Shown here: one piece after another, positions 51,401 to 59,888 of the stretch
How the letters are laid out: each line of letters opens with the position of its first letter
How positions within the stretch are numbered: position 1 is the first letter of the stretch
NCBI GenBank assembly: GCA_964619725.1
Contig: CAZUFC010000008.1
Span: 61,941-125,940, forward strand
From: an uncultured bacterium
Lineage (GTDB): Bacteria; CSSED10-310; CAZUFC01
Reading direction: 5' to 3'
DNA: 64,000 bases
Translations under genes and position numbers: made by a program
Notes under the pieces: model-generated
Told to the model about the DNA's origin: nothing
What the model saw: the letters and a program-made list of their open reading frames with translations, nothing else
The model's database searches: none

Positions 51401-52645
51401 TACGTCGTGTCAACCAATTCACTCGCTGTTCTGACTCTGGAATCGACCACGTTATACGTCTGTGCGGAAACGCAGGAAGATGCCGACGATATTGCGCCGA
51501 CTTTGCCGCAGTTCTGCGAAGGTTACACGTTCGATCTCTATCCCAGAATTCAGACCGTGAGCATACTGGACGTCAATGAGAATCCCTGCAGCGTGTTCTA
51601 TCCCGGCGAGACCGCAAAAATACGCATGAGGACGGAGAATCCTCATCCCTTCTACGGCTACGACGTGACCTATTCATTGAAGATCGATACGGACGGGAAT
51701 CCCTCAGAACCTGAATACGACAGCCACCTGGTCGACGAAGACTGGGTCACCACGCTGGAACACAATGCCGACGTTTATCACACCTGGGATTGGACCGTCC
51801 CCTCAGGCTCCTCCAACGTTCACCTTACTGTTGAAGCGCATGAAACAGCTAATTACGAAAACTGTTACGATTGTCCCGGATATAACTGGGGCTTCAGCGT
51901 CGGCGGCGGCATCACGGGTTACGTGAGAGAAGCCGGCACGCTCGATCCTATCGAAGGAGCTTCCGTTACGGCACAGGGCGGTTATTCCGATCCGGACGGC
52001 TCAGACTCCAACGGTTACTACGAAATCCATCACCTGCCCAACGGTACCTACAGCGTTACGGCAGGCGCCGCAGGATTTGTGCCCGCAACCATCTACGGCT
52101 GCGTCGTCGAAGGAAACATACTCACCAATCAGGACTTCGAACTCCTTACTCCTACTATAACGCCTACTCCCACAGTCACCAACACGCCGACCGTCACCTC
52201 CACCCCGACCATCACCCCCACTCCGACGCTCAGTTCCACGCCAACCATCACCCCGACGCCCACGCTCTCTTCTACTCCCACTCAATCGCCTACTGCAACC
52301 TTGTCGCCCACCGCTACTCTCAGTCCTACCGTTACGCTCTCACCCACCGTTACCCTTTCACCTACCGTTACAATCTCTCCCACAAGAACACCGACACGCA
52401 CGCCTACTCAATCTCCCACTGTTACGCATTCGCCCACAACCTCGCCGACCGCTACACTGACCCCTTCCCCCTCCTTCACCGATACGCCGACTTTGACGCC
52501 CACATCGCCCACTCCTACACTTACTCCCGTTCCCACTATTCCGCCGATTCCTGCTCTCGGACGCTTTGGAACGATCACGCTCCTGCTGCTTATCGGCTTC
52601 TCCATTATGGGCTGGAGGAAATTGAATACGAAACATACGAGATAA
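33473..52645 (+). CDS. Giant (6390 aa) surface protein: nine 8-bladed beta-propeller-like domains, two copies of a CARDB/Ig/FN3/carboxypeptidase-regulatory-like block, Pro/Thr linkers, IPTL-CTERM-like anchor
   Basis: Signal peptide; ~465-aa repeats starting at 33692, 35078, 36473, 37859, 39260, 40655, 42053, 43451, 44834, each with eight DG.GG....W-type motifs; duplicated block at 46364 and 49454; ends [32 protein letters not shown]. Confidence 0.92.
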   Translation: MSRSKGEFSKLFLTIILLFAAGAYGNFASGSPTPSATVVPTGEPTEASTQIATEVPTQVPTLTPTCTATMPTTWSTDRGENLKVAASDAGRSSYRMIPDDLGGYIVVWYESGEEQGIYGQRFDATGARMWGPDGIEVCPNAVNPWGPKICTDGAGGAICLWWDNQGTYDQTWIQRIDASGNLSWGEDGNLISPYNVDADCPFIVSDGAGGAYSAFYGSQGVYCQRVSSSGNVLWTTLLDGDSNNWGIKLEQDGAGGVILSWSYADSVTQDDVYVQRLDGSGAKLWGSEGLCVCNEEDNQYCSRIISDGAGGGLFIWRDRRDGSNYRIYIQKVLADGTVAWSDDGLGVFYGNSQSYGHAFASDGAGGAIVTWYSGNDGNMYARRIDSSGYDVWGEARALTDHGLLNDVSDSPYQTVQDGTGGVITVFNIYISEETRHEIVAQRITGAGTLPWGMNGIVLSDATPGNKGCPRAVGCREGEGGMLAIWNDSRTGTYDIYLMGIDVNGVLGAPCSEPGTPTPVYTMTPEPTGSPEPVMTWSSDSDVNMRVTDSDFDQLSHRMIEDGAGGYIIVYTQEDNGTDDNIYAQKFNEYGNRVWGPEGALVVRYTGSQCIPKLCTDGAGGAICFWADNRNGTYEVFGQHINEDGEILWPESGIRFSEPGVNAECPITAEDGQGGAYILLDYDYSGGLWCQRVSGAGEVLWPSPIQLSYNTTNNVSSRHILSDRQGGVLLVWCEPRLDMMDDVFVQRLAPDGTKLWGAGDLCICEAENHQTCPRISTDGTGAGIFLWQDSRDGVNAALYAQKVSSDGTVVWATDGVQAANDNIGQGHAIVRDYSGGAIVTYRDNSDNNMYANRIDSTGAAAWAMPVALTDHGETDVVSYPPRQAVEDGLNGAIAVFSVYNTVTGINEVTAQRITSDGSLPWGINGIALNTNEMSWGECARAVPCSLGGGGCFACWLDYSVGSYLTVMGIDLNGNLGDPCGFVGTPTPATPVPTFTPTPIEGWSDDPYVNLKPSSTQQFIYQPQRIIPDGTGGYIILWNYEGNYYPWGLYAQRFSSLGERLWGPTGVPVCTDGAENWGYRLCSDGDGGAIFFFMKYPDSTSEIWGQRLDAWGEPQWGEGGKRISPIYLNAECPWAVPDGEGGAFLVWQGDGSHVYRIDSDGESVWPAPYSLPGIESWNCVKVSSDDQGGVIVSWVIQDSVTQYDIYAQRFTASGSPLWGEDGVAVCNADLNQYCPRIVPDGDGGCYICWEDRRNNTYSCVYAQRILHDGTEAWYDNGLRITLGTQNMHGHAIVTDGDGGAIITWKSETDDNMYARRVDGSGNDVWGNAKALTDTGTVIDVTYSPFQTVSDNAGGAIAFFTMNAPEKGPQDVYAQRISSQGYLPWGMNGVVLSYQDNNSGFCVRGTSCDTSGEGGALACWTIRTPQNEGYLFVQGIDLEGNLGAPCSLVGTPGPTPSPTPTVATVWSTETDENLRVSETQVNQWSHRIISDEYGGYIVAWQVDPGTGTQSDVYAQKFNQDGNKLWGPEGLCVSAHSARQEFPKVCSDGAGGAFFFWQDARTAGWTAWEIWGQHVAADGTLLWPELGIRISQPGIRTICPYAVSDEQGGAYVIWQDNDVGSYCIRINSEGDWLWANPVSLASNGWGNKLEKDGQGGVILAWNEGVIDNRDLYVQRLAPDGSKLWGENHLCICQAANDQTCPRILPDGSGGAIVHWVDSRTERQAYHLYMQKIEADGTVSWTTDGVCITTDFAYWGHSFVSDGADGALVIWMNETEDNMYAKRFDSTGVEVWPSAVQLTDHGSVVNMSYSPYQTVPDGLDGGIVFFTVYDDVELTTELTAQRIMPDGTLPWGINGIVLSSHTTGDKDCARAVSCSTGAGGALVCWQDYRTGNSALHLMGISPDGIPGDPCTQIGTGTPTPMPPSPTPTATLPSVWSTDPAENLSVCKTQLDHSYGHRIIEDGEGGYIIAWYYQGAVYSQGIYAQKFNSLGNRMWGPNGIPVCTEPAENWGYRLCSDGAGGAFFFWTDDRTSGIQQIWGQHILSDGTTAWVADGKRISPYWNDNAWCPWCAPDGTGGAFVVWQGDGSFGQRIDAEGNTLWSQPVQFTTNKNYGSLKVINDGEGGALMTWIDYDETTNDDIFAQKISPEGTGLWGPNGISICRATNRQQCPRLISDGEGGGLFLWSDYRYNNQYQIYIQKVLSDGTIIWKPDGVQLTFYDTFSGYKHSLVPDGTGGAVVTWHDDTDNNMYARRLDGSGFDPWGGRFALTNLSQVTDMAYSPYHTLSDNAGGAIVLFQAYNETEERNEAVAQRITNGGALPWGDNGVALCTTDTSDSCIRGATCSYGEGGVLSLFRDWRNGEDALYVMGIDINGLLGDPCSAVGTQTPVPNTPTPTPVPTTAWETDPSVNIKLTEATIKQESHRIISDGYGGYIVSWHEEVTTPNWNEDVYMQRFNADGNRMWGPEGVVVCSASRRQVYAKISPDGAGGAFCFWQDDRNTADYHWEIWGQHIAPDGTALWKENGIKISTTTGQCYCPYTVTDTQGGAYVIWGDGTDGCHCLRINGAGEWVWTNPVYLGISDWGIKIRPDGFGGAIMTWVETRGDTGSDIYVQRLAPDGTKLWGADDLCICQAPNSQYCNRILTDGAGGAFFHWIDRRDNLADMLYMQKVESDGTISWAADGICAYNGNAYSGHDFVSDGSDGFILTWFAEDEGNVYAQRFDSTGAAVWTADLMLTDHGMVDSYSYSPDQTVSDGLDGGITFFTVYDDVELRYEIIAQRVTPDGTLPWGINGIALCDQAEGSRECARGISCSTGGGGALGCWNDTRDGDMAIYLMGINHNGDLGDPCSALGTPTPVTPSPTPTVTVPSVWSTDPDVNLPVCKTQMNHNYSQRIVSDGLGGYIVFWNYDGGMDDEGLYAQRFNELGNRMWGPNGIPVCTEPTMNWSFRLCADGSGGAFFFWCDMRHYVQLQTYQIRGQHINVNGEIQWAENGVQISPSWMEVYCPWCVRDEEGGVYVVLQEDDGLNYCQRVNSDGETVWPYPVEIGGDEWGGTKPVPDGSGGVILTWDNGSSDIYAQRIDANGNRLWGENGIPVCIAAGEQRCPRIIRDGIGEAIILWKDNRHSGYEVLYMQKVLSDGSFAWGLDGIRVTPMSNVDMGYLLVPDAEDGVIVTWKSADDGNMYARRIDEYGWDVWGGPISLTDHGQCLDPTWSPYQTVPDNAGGAITLFTYYNETEDREEIAAQRVAAGGGLPWGMNGLVLSTHAEDWGSCPRGAACLSGSGGVLALWRDEREGEPVLYLMGIDINGNLGAPCGEIGSPTPEIPTPTPTPTIVTTTVWSVDTTENLQVTDSENPQWSHRIIKDGYGGYIVVWYEEPGGSGYDIYAQRFNQYGNRMWGDSGVPVCTVGAHQIYPRVSPDGGGGAIITWQDYRNSSNCEIWGQRIGPDGVPLWRENGIRISQEGIEAYCQFMDHDGQDGAYVIWQLDGSGTQCMRINGAGEYLWAEPLELNTSGESAKIVADGTGGAIVTWYETRGTTYADIYAQRLTSDGTKLWGESDLLICDADNNQGCPRLIADGSGGALFLWTDPRDGATHKLYMQKVSSDGNIAWTEDGICVFDGGNNNHAFVSDGTGGAFVTWRSTADQNMYAKRIDSLGVDAWPASVQLTDHGNVSNVSWSPHQTVSDGMNGAVTFFTVYDDVNLIYEVTAQRVTDDGSMPWGINGVVLGNNDLASPECARGVSCSTGGGGALACWPDQRDGYYEIYVMGVNLDGVVGDPCSAVGTPTPVTPSPTPTATIPSVWSTDPDENLSVAKTLLNQDRGQRVISDGLGGWITTFYYRGNNQPKGVYAQKFNELGNRMWGPNGTPLCYSDEASWSFRMTPDGTGGAIFFWTEYSYPEYSYIWSQRLDADGDPMWSGKGVRISPYWLEASCPWPVPDGEGGAYVVYQADDMGAYCQRISSSGELLWGSGVVLGFHYWPAPKIWSDGEGGILTTWVENDENEDEDIYAQKLDPYGNKLWGAEGICICAAEGEQYCPQVINDEAGGGLFLWTDDREGIYDKLYMQRVTADGTAAWTEDGVCVFYDRTDSYGHAFVPDGYGGAVVTWMYEGDANMYARRIDVNGQDVWGGSIPITDHGAVLDVSDSLYKTVTDGGGGAIAFYTYDNAAEDRYEVVAQRVSIDGGLPWGMNGVTLSTHGKNWGSCVRGAACVDDEGGALAIWLDEREGSGASYVMGINYEGVLGDPCSLLPTATPTMTPTVTLTPTPTLSPTATLSPTASPTRTPTPASTYTATPTPLGTKSPTPTPTSSPTPAPDLIIRSQDVGFDPTYPEEGEIVLISATVHNVGNAASGAFKVRFFADYGFGPVQIGTDKTAGPLNPGQSQTVTETWSVVCDMTISAQADILNQVMELNEMNNTGIRTVPILYCPEEVSLSIAPDSRNIGVSGETEFTVTVENGNLGPDTFDLELSGALPQSWVTLEPNPMTLNAGETGEATLTVSVPSECYVIGTYPFEITGTSQQMTEDYSDDATLEVVSDVQATQRNPADGTTTGSRDVMFSWQTSVPADSWLYYRKLGDTEWIETAVSVETTVHQWEIEDLDRNETYEWYVHLESLCGDGDSSTWTFTVGNGVVFTQDSYTFYVERDYDQHVWVGVHNEDVVSHTAELSIDNPNEELIVNFVGPGSEEETIILAPGETRNVELVIHAQDVEPDSGKPDEICFDNLLLSLTADEEGTPITDTAPTTICVQWPDINFALTEESADPVTLVKTCRVTNNGDPLTDLSVTSQGDLLGRVLFIPRIDHYRLDGSGDYIDFYAEPVFQPGDTTLSGDLAADAAGVQDILPVTFDCEAPRSVYEVTVAEPELCYSMANWFCTNRPVISMTFEVTVGLEEIETAVIYTTFVPHSGVRPHFVDLHINGNLIGELNDIIPDGTYGFAFDPGYLNISPGGTASNTFSIHTTHLNGGHYVVSTDSLAVLTLGSTTLYVCADDQEQADDIAPTLPQFCEGYTFDLNPRVQSVSILNSAEEPCNVFYPGETAKIKVRAENPHPFYNYDATYTLKIDTDGDTGTAEYDSHLEAEDWITSLPHNADVYHTWDWTVPAGAPDIQLTVEAHETADYGNCWHCPGWNWTFHVGGGITGYVREAGTLAPIPGASVTATGGYSDPGGSAADGYYEIHRIPNGTYDVTAGAAGYVPATLTGLTVASEILTNQDFELVTPSATPTPTITDTPTQSPTPTITATPTLSSTPTVSPTGTLTPSPTDSPIPTQSPTITNTPTATLTPTATLSPTVTISPTYTPTHYTATPTVTVTPTYSPTRTPTPLSTDTPTPTPMGTKTPSPTPTSSPTPAPDLVIRNQDIEFNPEYPEETETVTVSATVHNFGNASCGGFTVRFYADDGSGPVQIGSDQAVGPLNPGDSHMVSETWTAVCDTVISAEADVLDEVMESNEFNNSGARTAPIKYCPDAVTLSVEPEYIDADVGSEVEFTVYVDNGNLGPDTFDLEITGSLPESWYVLEPDPLNLNAGQVGEAVLTVTVPNDCGAIDAYPFQITGTSFELGMDYTDDGMLEVMSEVLITQRNPGNGTTTGSRDVSFSWRTSALSDSWLYYRAVGSGSWIEVPVAVNSMSHSTELEGLERNITYNWFIYINSLCGNTTSPIWMFTVGNGVVFTQDNYSFTVERDYDQHVWVGVHNEDVVSHDVQLHIDNPNDDLIVNFVGPGSEDESITLAAGETRDVELVIHAQDVGNEGDSKPEQICYDNIVLYLTADEGEDPITDTAPTTICVQWPDINFVVSEQNEDPLTLVKTCRVTNYGDALTDLSVTGEGGLLGRVLFIPRIDHYKLNSGAHIDFYAEPMFQMGDTYLSGDLVGESAGVQDILPVTWECESPKSVYEVVVAEPELCYSMANWFCTNRPVISMTFEISVGMQDIETAVVYTTFIPHSGVRPHFVDLYINGNWIAELNDIIPSGTYGFAFDPAYLNVNPGGTASNTFSMHTTHLNGGHYVVSTNSLAVLTLESTTLYVCAETQEDADDIAPTLPQFCEGYTFDLYPRIQTVSILDVNENPCSVFYPGETAKIRMRTENPHPFYGYDVTYSLKIDTDGNPSEPEYDSHLVDEDWVTTLEHNADVYHTWDWTVPSGSSNVHLTVEAHETANYENCYDCPGYNWGFSVGGGITGYVREAGTLDPIEGASVTAQGGYSDPDGSDSNGYYEIHHLPNGTYSVTAGAAGFVPATIYGCVVEGNILTNQDFELLTPTITPTPTVTNTPTVTSTPTITPTPTLSSTPTITPTPTLSSTPTQSPTATLSPTATLSPTVTLSPTVTLSPTVTISPTRTPTRTPTQSPTVTHSPTTSPTATLTPSPSFTDTPTLTPTSPTPTLTPVPTIPPIPALGRFGTITLLLLIGFSIMGWRKLNTKHTR

Positions 52646-52677
52646 ATTCCATAATATCTTTTAATCGAAGACGTTAA

Positions 52678-52723
52678 CCCCGAATCTGCCGCTCCTGCCG
52701 GACGGCCGATTCGGGGACTTTTT
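52678..52723 (+). terminator. Intrinsic terminator after the giant gene
   Basis: CCCCGAATC.GCCG.TCC / GGA CGGC.GATTCGGGG stem followed by ACTTTTT. Confidence 0.75.
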
Positions 52724-52934
52724 CCAATCATGAATCTTGAAAAATACTCTCTACATCTCACTCAACACACAATTGAGACATTCACCAGTATGAAAATCAC
52801 TCAATCCTCTTTTCCTGTTTTGACATTTTTCGCTCGATCATTAAAATCAAAGAGTCTGATACTGGAAATAAATTTTTATCTCTTTCGGTTTTTTATAATT
52901 TTTTTCGTTGATGAACAATGAAAAGGAGAACAAA

Positions 52935-53576
52935 ATGAACAAAAAAGAAAAAGTTTTCTTAATCCTGGCTGCTATTCTTATTGCAGGCTTCTCAGGATAC
53001 AGGTCCCTCGGATTGCTTCATTCGGAATCCAATCATAACGATGTTATTGAAGATCAAAATGTTTCCGATACCGCTGAAAAAGTCGACAGTATAACGGAAA
53101 CAAAAAATCAGGAAAAAAATGCCGGAAATGAAGCTCAAAAAAATAATCGCCGTATAAAAACTGAAAAAGCTCCTGCAGAACAAAAAAATCAGGAGAAAAA
53201 AGACCTGGGAATAGTCCCTTCTGAATTGATGGCTAAAATAAAACAGATTAATGAATTACAGGATCGTGAGCTTTGGAGTTTGAGGACCCGCAACAGAGAA
53301 AACAGGGCGGAAACAGAAGTCAGAAAATTTAAGGACGGTTATGAGCTCCGTTACAGACGGCATGGGTCGGGACGCCTGGAGGCAAGAATCGACGAAGAAG
53401 GCAATATTATGCGGCTTCATACCTGTGGCCCTAAAAGACAACAGTTTGAAGGCGAAGAAAGAGAGGTTGTCATGCAGGAAATAGTTGATGCTGTCCTGGA
53501 GGAAGCTCAAAACAGAGGGGGCTCGAAAGCGTCTAGTAACAGTGATAAATCCAGGCGCGGCAGAAAAAGAAATTAA
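52935..53576 (+). CDS. Hypothetical membrane-anchored/exported protein
   Basis: AAGGAG-6 nt-ATG; N-terminal hydrophobic segment, charged linker, small C-terminal globular region. Confidence 0.75.
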   Translation: MNKKEKVFLILAAILIAGFSGYRSLGLLHSESNHNDVIEDQNVSDTAEKVDSITETKNQEKNAGNEAQKNNRRIKTEKAPAEQKNQEKKDLGIVPSELMAKIKQINELQDRELWSLRTRNRENRAETEVRKFKDGYELRYRRHGSGRLEARIDEEGNIMRLHTCGPKRQQFEGEEREVVMQEIVDAVLEEAQNRGGSKASSNSDKSRRGRKRN

Positions 53577-53600
53577 GGATCGTCTTCAAAGGAGAATAAA

Positions 53601-54830
53601 ATCAGCGCTGCTAATCATTCAAGAGGTTCATCATGGTCTGCAGGTCAGACCATTCGAGTCATACTGGTTTTTGTCGTCCTGGCTGTCATTCCCCTGACCC
53701 TGGAAATAATCACTAAAGATCGCGAAGACACGACGCTGCATATGTGGATCGGCAGAATCCTGCTCATCTTTTATGTATTGTTGATAGGAAATCAGTTATC
53801 AGGAAAAAACGTAAATCTGTTCAGAGACATCACTCTTTTCAGAAAAATAGGAAACGTAATCAATGAAACGTTCAAAACCTGGTTTATGTTCGTCGCGGGA
53901 CTCGTCTCTCTGGCGACATATATCTATTGTCATCATATCTGCGAGAAGCGGCTTTTCACCTTAAGCGAAAGAATCACTTTTTCCCACCGGATATTCAGTC
54001 TCTCGTTGAGCATCGGCGCCATTTTTATCTGCGCCTGCGTCATTTCCGGTTACATTTTCAAATATTTCCCGGCCATGAAAAGAAAATTGCCCACCGGAAT
54101 GCTTTCAAGCGGCCTGTTCGCATCGCTTCTGCCGACCTGCGCCTGTGGTTCCATTCCCATAGCCCAGGGCATGCTCGGTTCTGGCCGAATACCGCTCCGT
54201 TCTGTGATCGTTTTCATCATGGTGTCTCCCGTACTCAATCCTTATCTGATGGTTTTCAGTTTCCAGCTTGGCTGGGCGTACGCCTTGTTGAGAATCCTGG
54301 GCATTTTCGTTCTGGCAATAATGACCGGACTGCTTCTGGAAAAAGTATTAATGAAGGATGATGACGATTTTCTGCAGGATGAATCAGGAGATTTAGTCTG
54401 CCAGGGATGTCAGAAACAAGGCATCAATATAACGAACAATGTTTTCGCCATGAGCTGGGACCTGATGGTCTCTCTCCTGCCTTATTTCGCCATAGGAATC
54501 GTTATCGGCTCTCTGGCCGGAGAAATACTCCCCCGAACCGACATTACTCAACTTTTCAGCTCGGACATCCTGGGACTCTTCATACTAGTCTTCCTCAGCC
54601 TACCCCTCTTCCTCTGCGCAGGACAGGAAGTAATCCTCCTCCTCCCTTTCATATATTCAGTCATTCCTTTAGGACACGCCCTGGCCTTTACATTCGCCGG
54701 AACAGGAATCTGCCTCTCCTCCATCCCGCTCATGTACAAAGTAGTAGGTAAAAAAGCCACCGTAACTATGATCCTCTCCTTTTTCTTCGGCTCCATCGCC
54801 TTCGGATTCCTGATCAACTTAGTTCTGTGA
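53601..54830 (+). CDS. DUF318 / ArsP-like permease; probable ATC start at 53601 (first ATG at 53742)
   Basis: LLPTCACGSIP, SPVLNP, LPLFLCAGQE motifs in two inverted halves; frame open upstream of 53742 with an extra TM helix. Confidence 0.85.
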   Translation: MSAANHSRGSSWSAGQTIRVILVFVVLAVIPLTLEIITKDREDTTLHMWIGRILLIFYVLLIGNQLSGKNVNLFRDITLFRKIGNVINETFKTWFMFVAGLVSLATYIYCHHICEKRLFTLSERITFSHRIFSLSLSIGAIFICACVISGYIFKYFPAMKRKLPTGMLSSGLFASLLPTCACGSIPIAQGMLGSGRIPLRSVIVFIMVSPVLNPYLMVFSFQLGWAYALLRILGIFVLAIMTGLLLEKVLMKDDDDFLQDESGDLVCQGCQKQGINITNNVFAMSWDLMVSLLPYFAIGIVIGSLAGEILPRTDITQLFSSDILGLFILVFLSLPLFLCAGQEVILLLPFIYSVIPLGHALAFTFAGTGICLSSIPLMYKVVGKKATVTMILSFFFGSIAFGFLINLVL

Positions 54831-55018
54831 TGGGTTACCTGACGGTTTCGATGCCGTTTTGAGTAAATGCAGAGTTTTTAAAATTTGAGAAGAAAAGTTG
54901 CGAGCGCTTTTAGTAATTCACGAAATATAATTTTGATCATTGTCGAAAAAACTCGCGGCAAATAGTTTTAACAATTGCCAAATAATTCGTATAATTTTTT
55001 AAGGAAAGGCGGCGCTGT

Positions 55019-55285
55019 ATGGAAACCATGATTGATAAATTCGGCAGAATCGTCATTCCCAAAAAAATACGTGATTCTTTGGGACTCAAACCAGGTTCAT
55101 CGTTTTATATTGAAGAAAACAACCGTGAAATCCGTTTGAAACCTGTAGAAGGGACGCCGCAACTAAAAAACAAGAATGGCTGGCTGGTTTTTACCGGCGA
55201 AATTCAAGGCGAAGTAAATGAGTTCAAGGACAGTCACTTATCAGTTGATGACCCATATTCGAACTCTGACAGTCCTTTCACCTGA
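55019..55285 (+). CDS. AbrB/MazE/SpoVT-family DNA-binding protein (orphan VapB-like antitoxin)
   Basis: IDKFGRIVIPKKIRDSLGLKPG swapped-hairpin motif; 3' end overlaps the convergent gene; no toxin gene follows. Confidence 0.88.
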   Translation: METMIDKFGRIVIPKKIRDSLGLKPGSSFYIEENNREIRLKPVEGTPQLKNKNGWLVFTGEIQGEVNEFKDSHLSVDDPYSNSDSPFT

Positions 55286-56770
55286 GTTCACATCGCCGAT
55301 GTAGACGGTAATGTTTGAATCATCAAGGTAGTGCCAGAACATTCCCCAGCCTGCGACTCTCCTTGCTCCGTAATTGCTGCGTCCTCCGGGAATGCCGCCG
55401 CCGTCGAAGGCCATGAGGTCGACGACATAATTATCGGGGTTTCCGCCCAGGTTATGCGTAAAGACATGGTGCTCATCTTCCGGCAGCGTGACCCATCCGG
55501 AATTGTAGGCCGGTCGGGGGAACGGGGCGCCGTCGTTGGGGCCTAATTGTCCGCGATAAGCTCCGTGAACCTCCAGGTCGTTTTCCACCGTCGCATCATT
55601 GGAGACCGTCATGTTGCCGGATGCGTCTATATCCGCCAGGGTTTCTCCGAAAGGATCGTGTGCTGCATCTCCTTTGGTGAAGAATATACCGTTGGCGCCC
55701 GCAACTACGGACAGCGGTTCATCGTTCTGATCCCAGGCATATCCGCTGTGAATGGCTGAATATCCTCCAAAAACGGAATTCCACCAGGTTTCAAAGACGC
55801 GACAGTCGTCAGAGTTGATTAATGCGCCTCCGCTGCTGGGGATATGAATATCGCCTGTAAGAGCGATATTTCCCGCTACGTGCAATTTTTCTGTGGGGCT
55901 GGATGTTCCTATGCCCACATTGCCGTTGTTGAAAAGGAATACTCCGCCGTCATCTATCGACAGTTGCGTTGAGGATTGATTGTCTGCGTTGAGGTTCAAG
56001 ACGCCGAGTCCGCTGTTTCCCACGATCTGCAATACCTGCATGATACCGGTCACATCAAGATCGAAATTGGGATTATGAGTTCCGATGCCCACATTTCCGT
56101 CATTGTCCACGATCAGTTTGGTCGAACTTGAAACTCTGATCCTCAGCGGATCGTTGGAAGAAGTTTCCTCGATATGCAATCTGGCCAGGGGGCTTGTCGT
56201 CCCTATGCCGACATTACCAGGTCCGTAGGGAGCATATAGCCTTCCGTTATTAATCGAGATGTAATCGGGGACTTCGGAATCATCGTCGGGTTCGTCATCG
56301 TCGTTGATGACGTTCACAGCCGTCTCCGCACGGACAGAAAAACCCGTACTGGTGATTCTCTCAAAAGGAGACATTTCCTGAAATCCATGCGTTCCGTCGT
56401 TAAACCATATCGCAAGATAAATTTCCTCGTTGTCAAAAACAGAAGGAGAAATAACGGATGTCATTCCGGTTAAAGCAGTATCTCCCAGCAGAACAGAATA
56501 ATGACCGCCGCGCACCTCGACCGGAACGCTCTGAGAAGGAGGATTCAAGCCATCATTAGACCAGTATAGCGTCCCCCAGGGACTCTCCGGCTCATTCACC
56601 AGCGCAAATCGAAAATAACCCGTCGCAGGAACGCTCCCGCCGAAAGGCTCTCCATCCACTTCAACGATTCCCTGATAGTTGATCATGTGCGGAACGGCCT
56701 GCACGCGTGATATTCCGGCCAGAATTACTACGAAGACCATAACGATGCTTGCATATCGACTCATAATCAT
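55241..56770 (-). CDS. Secreted tail-fibre-like protein (INYQG N-domain, GNVGIGT repeats, PAYNSGW C-domain)
   Basis: AAGGAGGA RBS before ATG 56770; signal peptide; VPHMINYQG; three GNVGIGT..P...L.(I/V) repeats. Confidence 0.8.
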   Translation of the reverse strand: MIMSRYASIVMVFVVILAGISRVQAVPHMINYQGIVEVDGEPFGGSVPATGYFRFALVNEPESPWGTLYWSNDGLNPPSQSVPVEVRGGHYSVLLGDTALTGMTSVISPSVFDNEEIYLAIWFNDGTHGFQEMSPFERITSTGFSVRAETAVNVINDDDEPDDDSEVPDYISINNGRLYAPYGPGNVGIGTTSPLARLHIEETSSNDPLRIRVSSSTKLIVDNDGNVGIGTHNPNFDLDVTGIMQVLQIVGNSGLGVLNLNADNQSSTQLSIDDGGVFLFNNGNVGIGTSSPTEKLHVAGNIALTGDIHIPSSGGALINSDDCRVFETWWNSVFGGYSAIHSGYAWDQNDEPLSVVAGANGIFFTKGDAAHDPFGETLADIDASGNMTVSNDATVENDLEVHGAYRGQLGPNDGAPFPRPAYNSGWVTLPEDEHHVFTHNLGGNPDNYVVDLMAFDGGGIPGGRSNYGARRVAGWGMFWHYLDDSNITVYIGDVNSGERTVRVRIWVIN

Positions 56771-56909
56771 TTTAAAAATCCTCCTTATTGAACCATCTGT
56801 TAAGAAACGACTATCCACCCATGTTTATTCCGTTCTCCGCGAATAAACATATTTCTTTTTATACTGAAATGTATCTGCAAAGCAAAAACTTCTTTTATTT
56901 CTGTTCTGA

Positions 56910-59003
56910 TTACTGCCGATTCTTCTGTCTTATTCCTGCAATGAACAGGAAAGAGGATAGGAGCAGAGTAATGATCAATCCCGGGACGTTGAAAACGGGA
57001 ACCGGCGGTGATGTGGGTATTGCAGTCGGAGTCGCCGTATCAGCGGGGGTATGCGTCTGAGTTACGGTGGGAGAAAGCGTCGCTGTCAAAGAGGGCGAAA
57101 GGGTAGGCGTTATGGTGGGGGATTTCGTCGGAGAATGAGTGGGCGATTCCGTCGGCGTATATGTGGGCGATTCAGTAGGCGAGCATGTCCGGGTCGGCGT
57201 GCAAGTCCGCGTATTTGTCGGCGAGCGGGTCGGCGTTTCGGAGGGGGTTGACGTAGGTGAGAGGGTAACGGTAGGCGTGGGACTGAACGTCGGCGTGCGC
57301 GTAGGGGTTTTGGTCGGCGTCGGAATAAATTCCCCGTAATGGTATCCCATGTCGACCTGTCCTGAATCAAGAATCTGGTCGGTTCGAGTAGTCAAATCAT
57401 CCATGCAGAGCGTTCCGCCGAAAGTCGTATAACAGATGCTTGAAGCGGCCGCATTCCCCGTATCGACGCAGGGACTGTCGTTCGCCTGTCCAGAAGCTGT
57501 CTGGCTCAGGTAAAAATCGCCTAACGGACCCGTGACGAACAGAGGGTCCTGATCAATGTTTCCCGTTCCCGTGAAACCGCCTTCAATATCGCTGTAGGTG
57601 ACGACGGCTGCGGGACAGTCGATCTCGTCGCCGGCATTGTTCCAGAAAATACTGTTGAGGACGGTAGGAATCAGCGCTCCTGATTTGCACCTCAGTCCCC
57701 CGACATAAGATGCCTGGTTGTTGTAAAAAGTGCTGTTGGTTATGAAAGGGGCGGCATTATCCAGGGAAACAGCGCCGCCGAACGAGGCTGAATTCGCTGC
57801 AAAAAGACAATTAATCAGCACAGGTGAAGCTGATTCGTATTCGTACGAGTAGTAAGCGCCGCCTCCGTCGCTTGCTGAATTCTCCATGAATGCGCAGTTC
57901 GTGATCTGCGGAGAACCATAGCGGGCATATATGCCGCCGCCGTAATCGCCGGCTGCCGTATTGGCTTGTAAGGTACAATTAGTTATCAAGGCGTCTCCGC
58001 CGGTAATGTATATCCCTCCGCCGCCTTGAGGATAACCCTGGTTTTCCGATATCATGCAATCCGTTATAATTGCTTCGGAAGAACCTATAATATAAATCCC
58101 GCCGCCCTGCTCGCCCAGATTATCGGAAATTGTGCAGGAAGCGACGATGAGCGTAGTAAGGCTGCCCCCGATAAACAATCCGCCGCCGTAAGCGGTTTCA
58201 GGATTTGGAGCAGAGGCAATGTTGTTTCTTATTTCGCAGTTGAGAATCATGCCTGATGTATCGTTGCACGAAATCCCGGCTCCCCTTTTCGATCTGTTAT
58301 GCGTTATGATGCAATCAGACATGTCGACCCTGACCTGATTTGGAAAATAGACTCCGCCTCCCTGGTTTTCTCCTGTGTTGCGCGTTATTGTGCAATTTGA
58401 TATGACCGGAGAGTTGGAAATATTGCCGGCGCACCAGATGCCGCCGACCATGCCTGTATTATATGTTATCGTGCAATTTGTAATGACGGGTGAACCGTAA
58501 TGGGTTCTTATTCCTCCGCAATTGGTCGTTGCTGAATTGTATGACATCGTGCAGTTTGTAATAGTCGGAGAGGCGAATTCTGCGTAAAGAGCGCCCATCG
58601 AATTGTTAAAAAAAATACAATCGTTTATGATCGGCGAGGAATCATCGTCGCAGTAGATGCCTTCGTTCCCATTTATTATGGTAACGCCTGAGATTACCGC
58701 GCCGGCAGGTTCTGCATCCCTGAACCGGACGCCGTTGCTGGAACCTTCGCAATCAATAACGCAATGATCCGGCCCGTTTTCCGAAATAACCGTGACGGCT
58801 TTACCATTATAGTCGAGATACTTATTCCCGGTTCCTGTGTAAGTCCCGTCTGCGATAAGCACCGTATCGAAATCGACTGCAGCATCGATCGCTTCCTGTA
58901 TCGTGAGGTAATCAGCCGGTACATTGAACACGGCTGCTTTCGACGCAGGAAGCGCTGCTTCTGCGCAAATCATCGCCAGAGCGAAAACAATTCCATATTT
59001 CAT
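56910..59003 (-). CDS. Secreted right-handed beta-helix (pectin lyase fold, GGG(I/V)Y repeats) protein with Pro/Thr linker and IPTL-CTERM-like anchor
   Basis: GGGAGGA RBS before ATG 59003; VPADYLTIQEAIDAA cap; P.I.NC.I..N...GGG(I/V) repeats; GNIDQDPLF...SPCVDTG; ends VPVFNVPGLIITLLLSSFLFIAGIRQKNRQ. Confidence 0.88.
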   Translation of the reverse strand: MKYGIVFALAMICAEAALPASKAAVFNVPADYLTIQEAIDAAVDFDTVLIADGTYTGTGNKYLDYNGKAVTVISENGPDHCVIDCEGSSNGVRFRDAEPAGAVISGVTIINGNEGIYCDDDSSPIINDCIFFNNSMGALYAEFASPTITNCTMSYNSATTNCGGIRTHYGSPVITNCTITYNTGMVGGIWCAGNISNSPVISNCTITRNTGENQGGGVYFPNQVRVDMSDCIITHNRSKRGAGISCNDTSGMILNCEIRNNIASAPNPETAYGGGLFIGGSLTTLIVASCTISDNLGEQGGGIYIIGSSEAIITDCMISENQGYPQGGGGIYITGGDALITNCTLQANTAAGDYGGGIYARYGSPQITNCAFMENSASDGGGAYYSYEYESASPVLINCLFAANSASFGGAVSLDNAAPFITNSTFYNNQASYVGGLRCKSGALIPTVLNSIFWNNAGDEIDCPAAVVTYSDIEGGFTGTGNIDQDPLFVTGPLGDFYLSQTASGQANDSPCVDTGNAAASSICYTTFGGTLCMDDLTTRTDQILDSGQVDMGYHYGEFIPTPTKTPTRTPTFSPTPTVTLSPTSTPSETPTRSPTNTRTCTPTRTCSPTESPTYTPTESPTHSPTKSPTITPTLSPSLTATLSPTVTQTHTPADTATPTAIPTSPPVPVFNVPGLIITLLLSSFLFIAGIRQKNRQ

Positions 59004-59052
59004 TAAAATCCTCCCTGTTAAATATTCAACTCCCCATTCTATCTTTATTGAC

Positions 59053-59886
59053 TCATTTGTTTTTTTCAAAATAGGATGGATTAAGCTTCACCGGATATTT
59101 TTTCATCGCCTCTTCCAGCGACTTCCGGCGCAATTCCGCGGTTTTTTCCGCATGAACGTCATCCCGGCAACGTTCTCTTACTTCTTCATAGGGCAGAACA
59201 TTCTCCGGGGTTTTTCCTATTACGACAAGCATGATCGCAGTATCGTCCGATTTAAACGGTCCCAGGATTTCCAGCGGTTCGGCATCATGAAGCCGCTTGT
59301 ACAGAGCATCATTTGACCTCACGGTCCTGTCCCTCTCAAAGGTTATCGCATAAACGCCTTCCGCTCCCATCTTGAATTCATCCAGTGACTCGCCCATCTG
59401 CGCATACATGGTAAGCTTTTCTTTAACTGAAGCGATGTTTTCATGGGTAGGCTGAAAAATGCGCGCCTGCAGGAACGAATACACTCCAGGTACTGTGAAA
59501 AGTTCCGTATGCTTGTCATAGTATTCAGCCGCTTCTTCGTCAGTCACGGTAACATGTTGATGCATCAGGTTCTGGTACAAGCCCGCCAGGTAAGCATCCT
59601 CAATTATCCGCTTTATTTTCCGCAGAAACGCCTCTGTTTCCGGGTCCTTTTCCAGCCCCATTTCTCTGGCTTCATCGGCATAAGACCTGTTAAGGGAATA
59701 TAGCTTGAATATCCTCCTGGAAAATGCCTCCGCATCAGGCGAAAAAGCAAATTCCGGGTAAACGAACTGAAGCGCTTCGATGAAATCTTTGTCGATCTTT
59801 TCCGGTCCTACTGTTCCGAAATTCTGCGCGGAAATCGCATTCCCGATTGCTATAACCGTCATAAGGAAGAATATTCTTTTCATCAT
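59053..59886 (-). CDS. Exported parvulin/PrsA-SurA-like foldase (peptidyl-prolyl isomerase family, degenerate)
   Basis: Signal peptide; EAREMGLEKDPE, VTVTDEEAAEYYDKHTELF, GPFK...LPYEEVRE motifs typical of PpiC-type chaperones. Confidence 0.75.
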   Translation of the reverse strand: MMKRIFFLMTVIAIGNAISAQNFGTVGPEKIDKDFIEALQFVYPEFAFSPDAEAFSRRIFKLYSLNRSYADEAREMGLEKDPETEAFLRKIKRIIEDAYLAGLYQNLMHQHVTVTDEEAAEYYDKHTELFTVPGVYSFLQARIFQPTHENIASVKEKLTMYAQMGESLDEFKMGAEGVYAITFERDRTVRSNDALYKRLHDAEPLEILGPFKSDDTAIMLVVIGKTPENVLPYEEVRERCRDDVHAEKTAELRRKSLEEAMKKYPVKLNPSYFEKNK

Positions 59887-59888
59887 CT

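Noticed and set aside
46364-52145. Duplicated block as a diversity-generating retroelement TR/VR pair
   Set aside because: Both copies are in-frame coding, differences are not adenine-specific, and no reverse transcriptase is present
53601-54830. Selenocysteine-containing DUF318 permease
   Set aside because: Motif positions are ordinary Cys codons and there is no internal in-frame TGA
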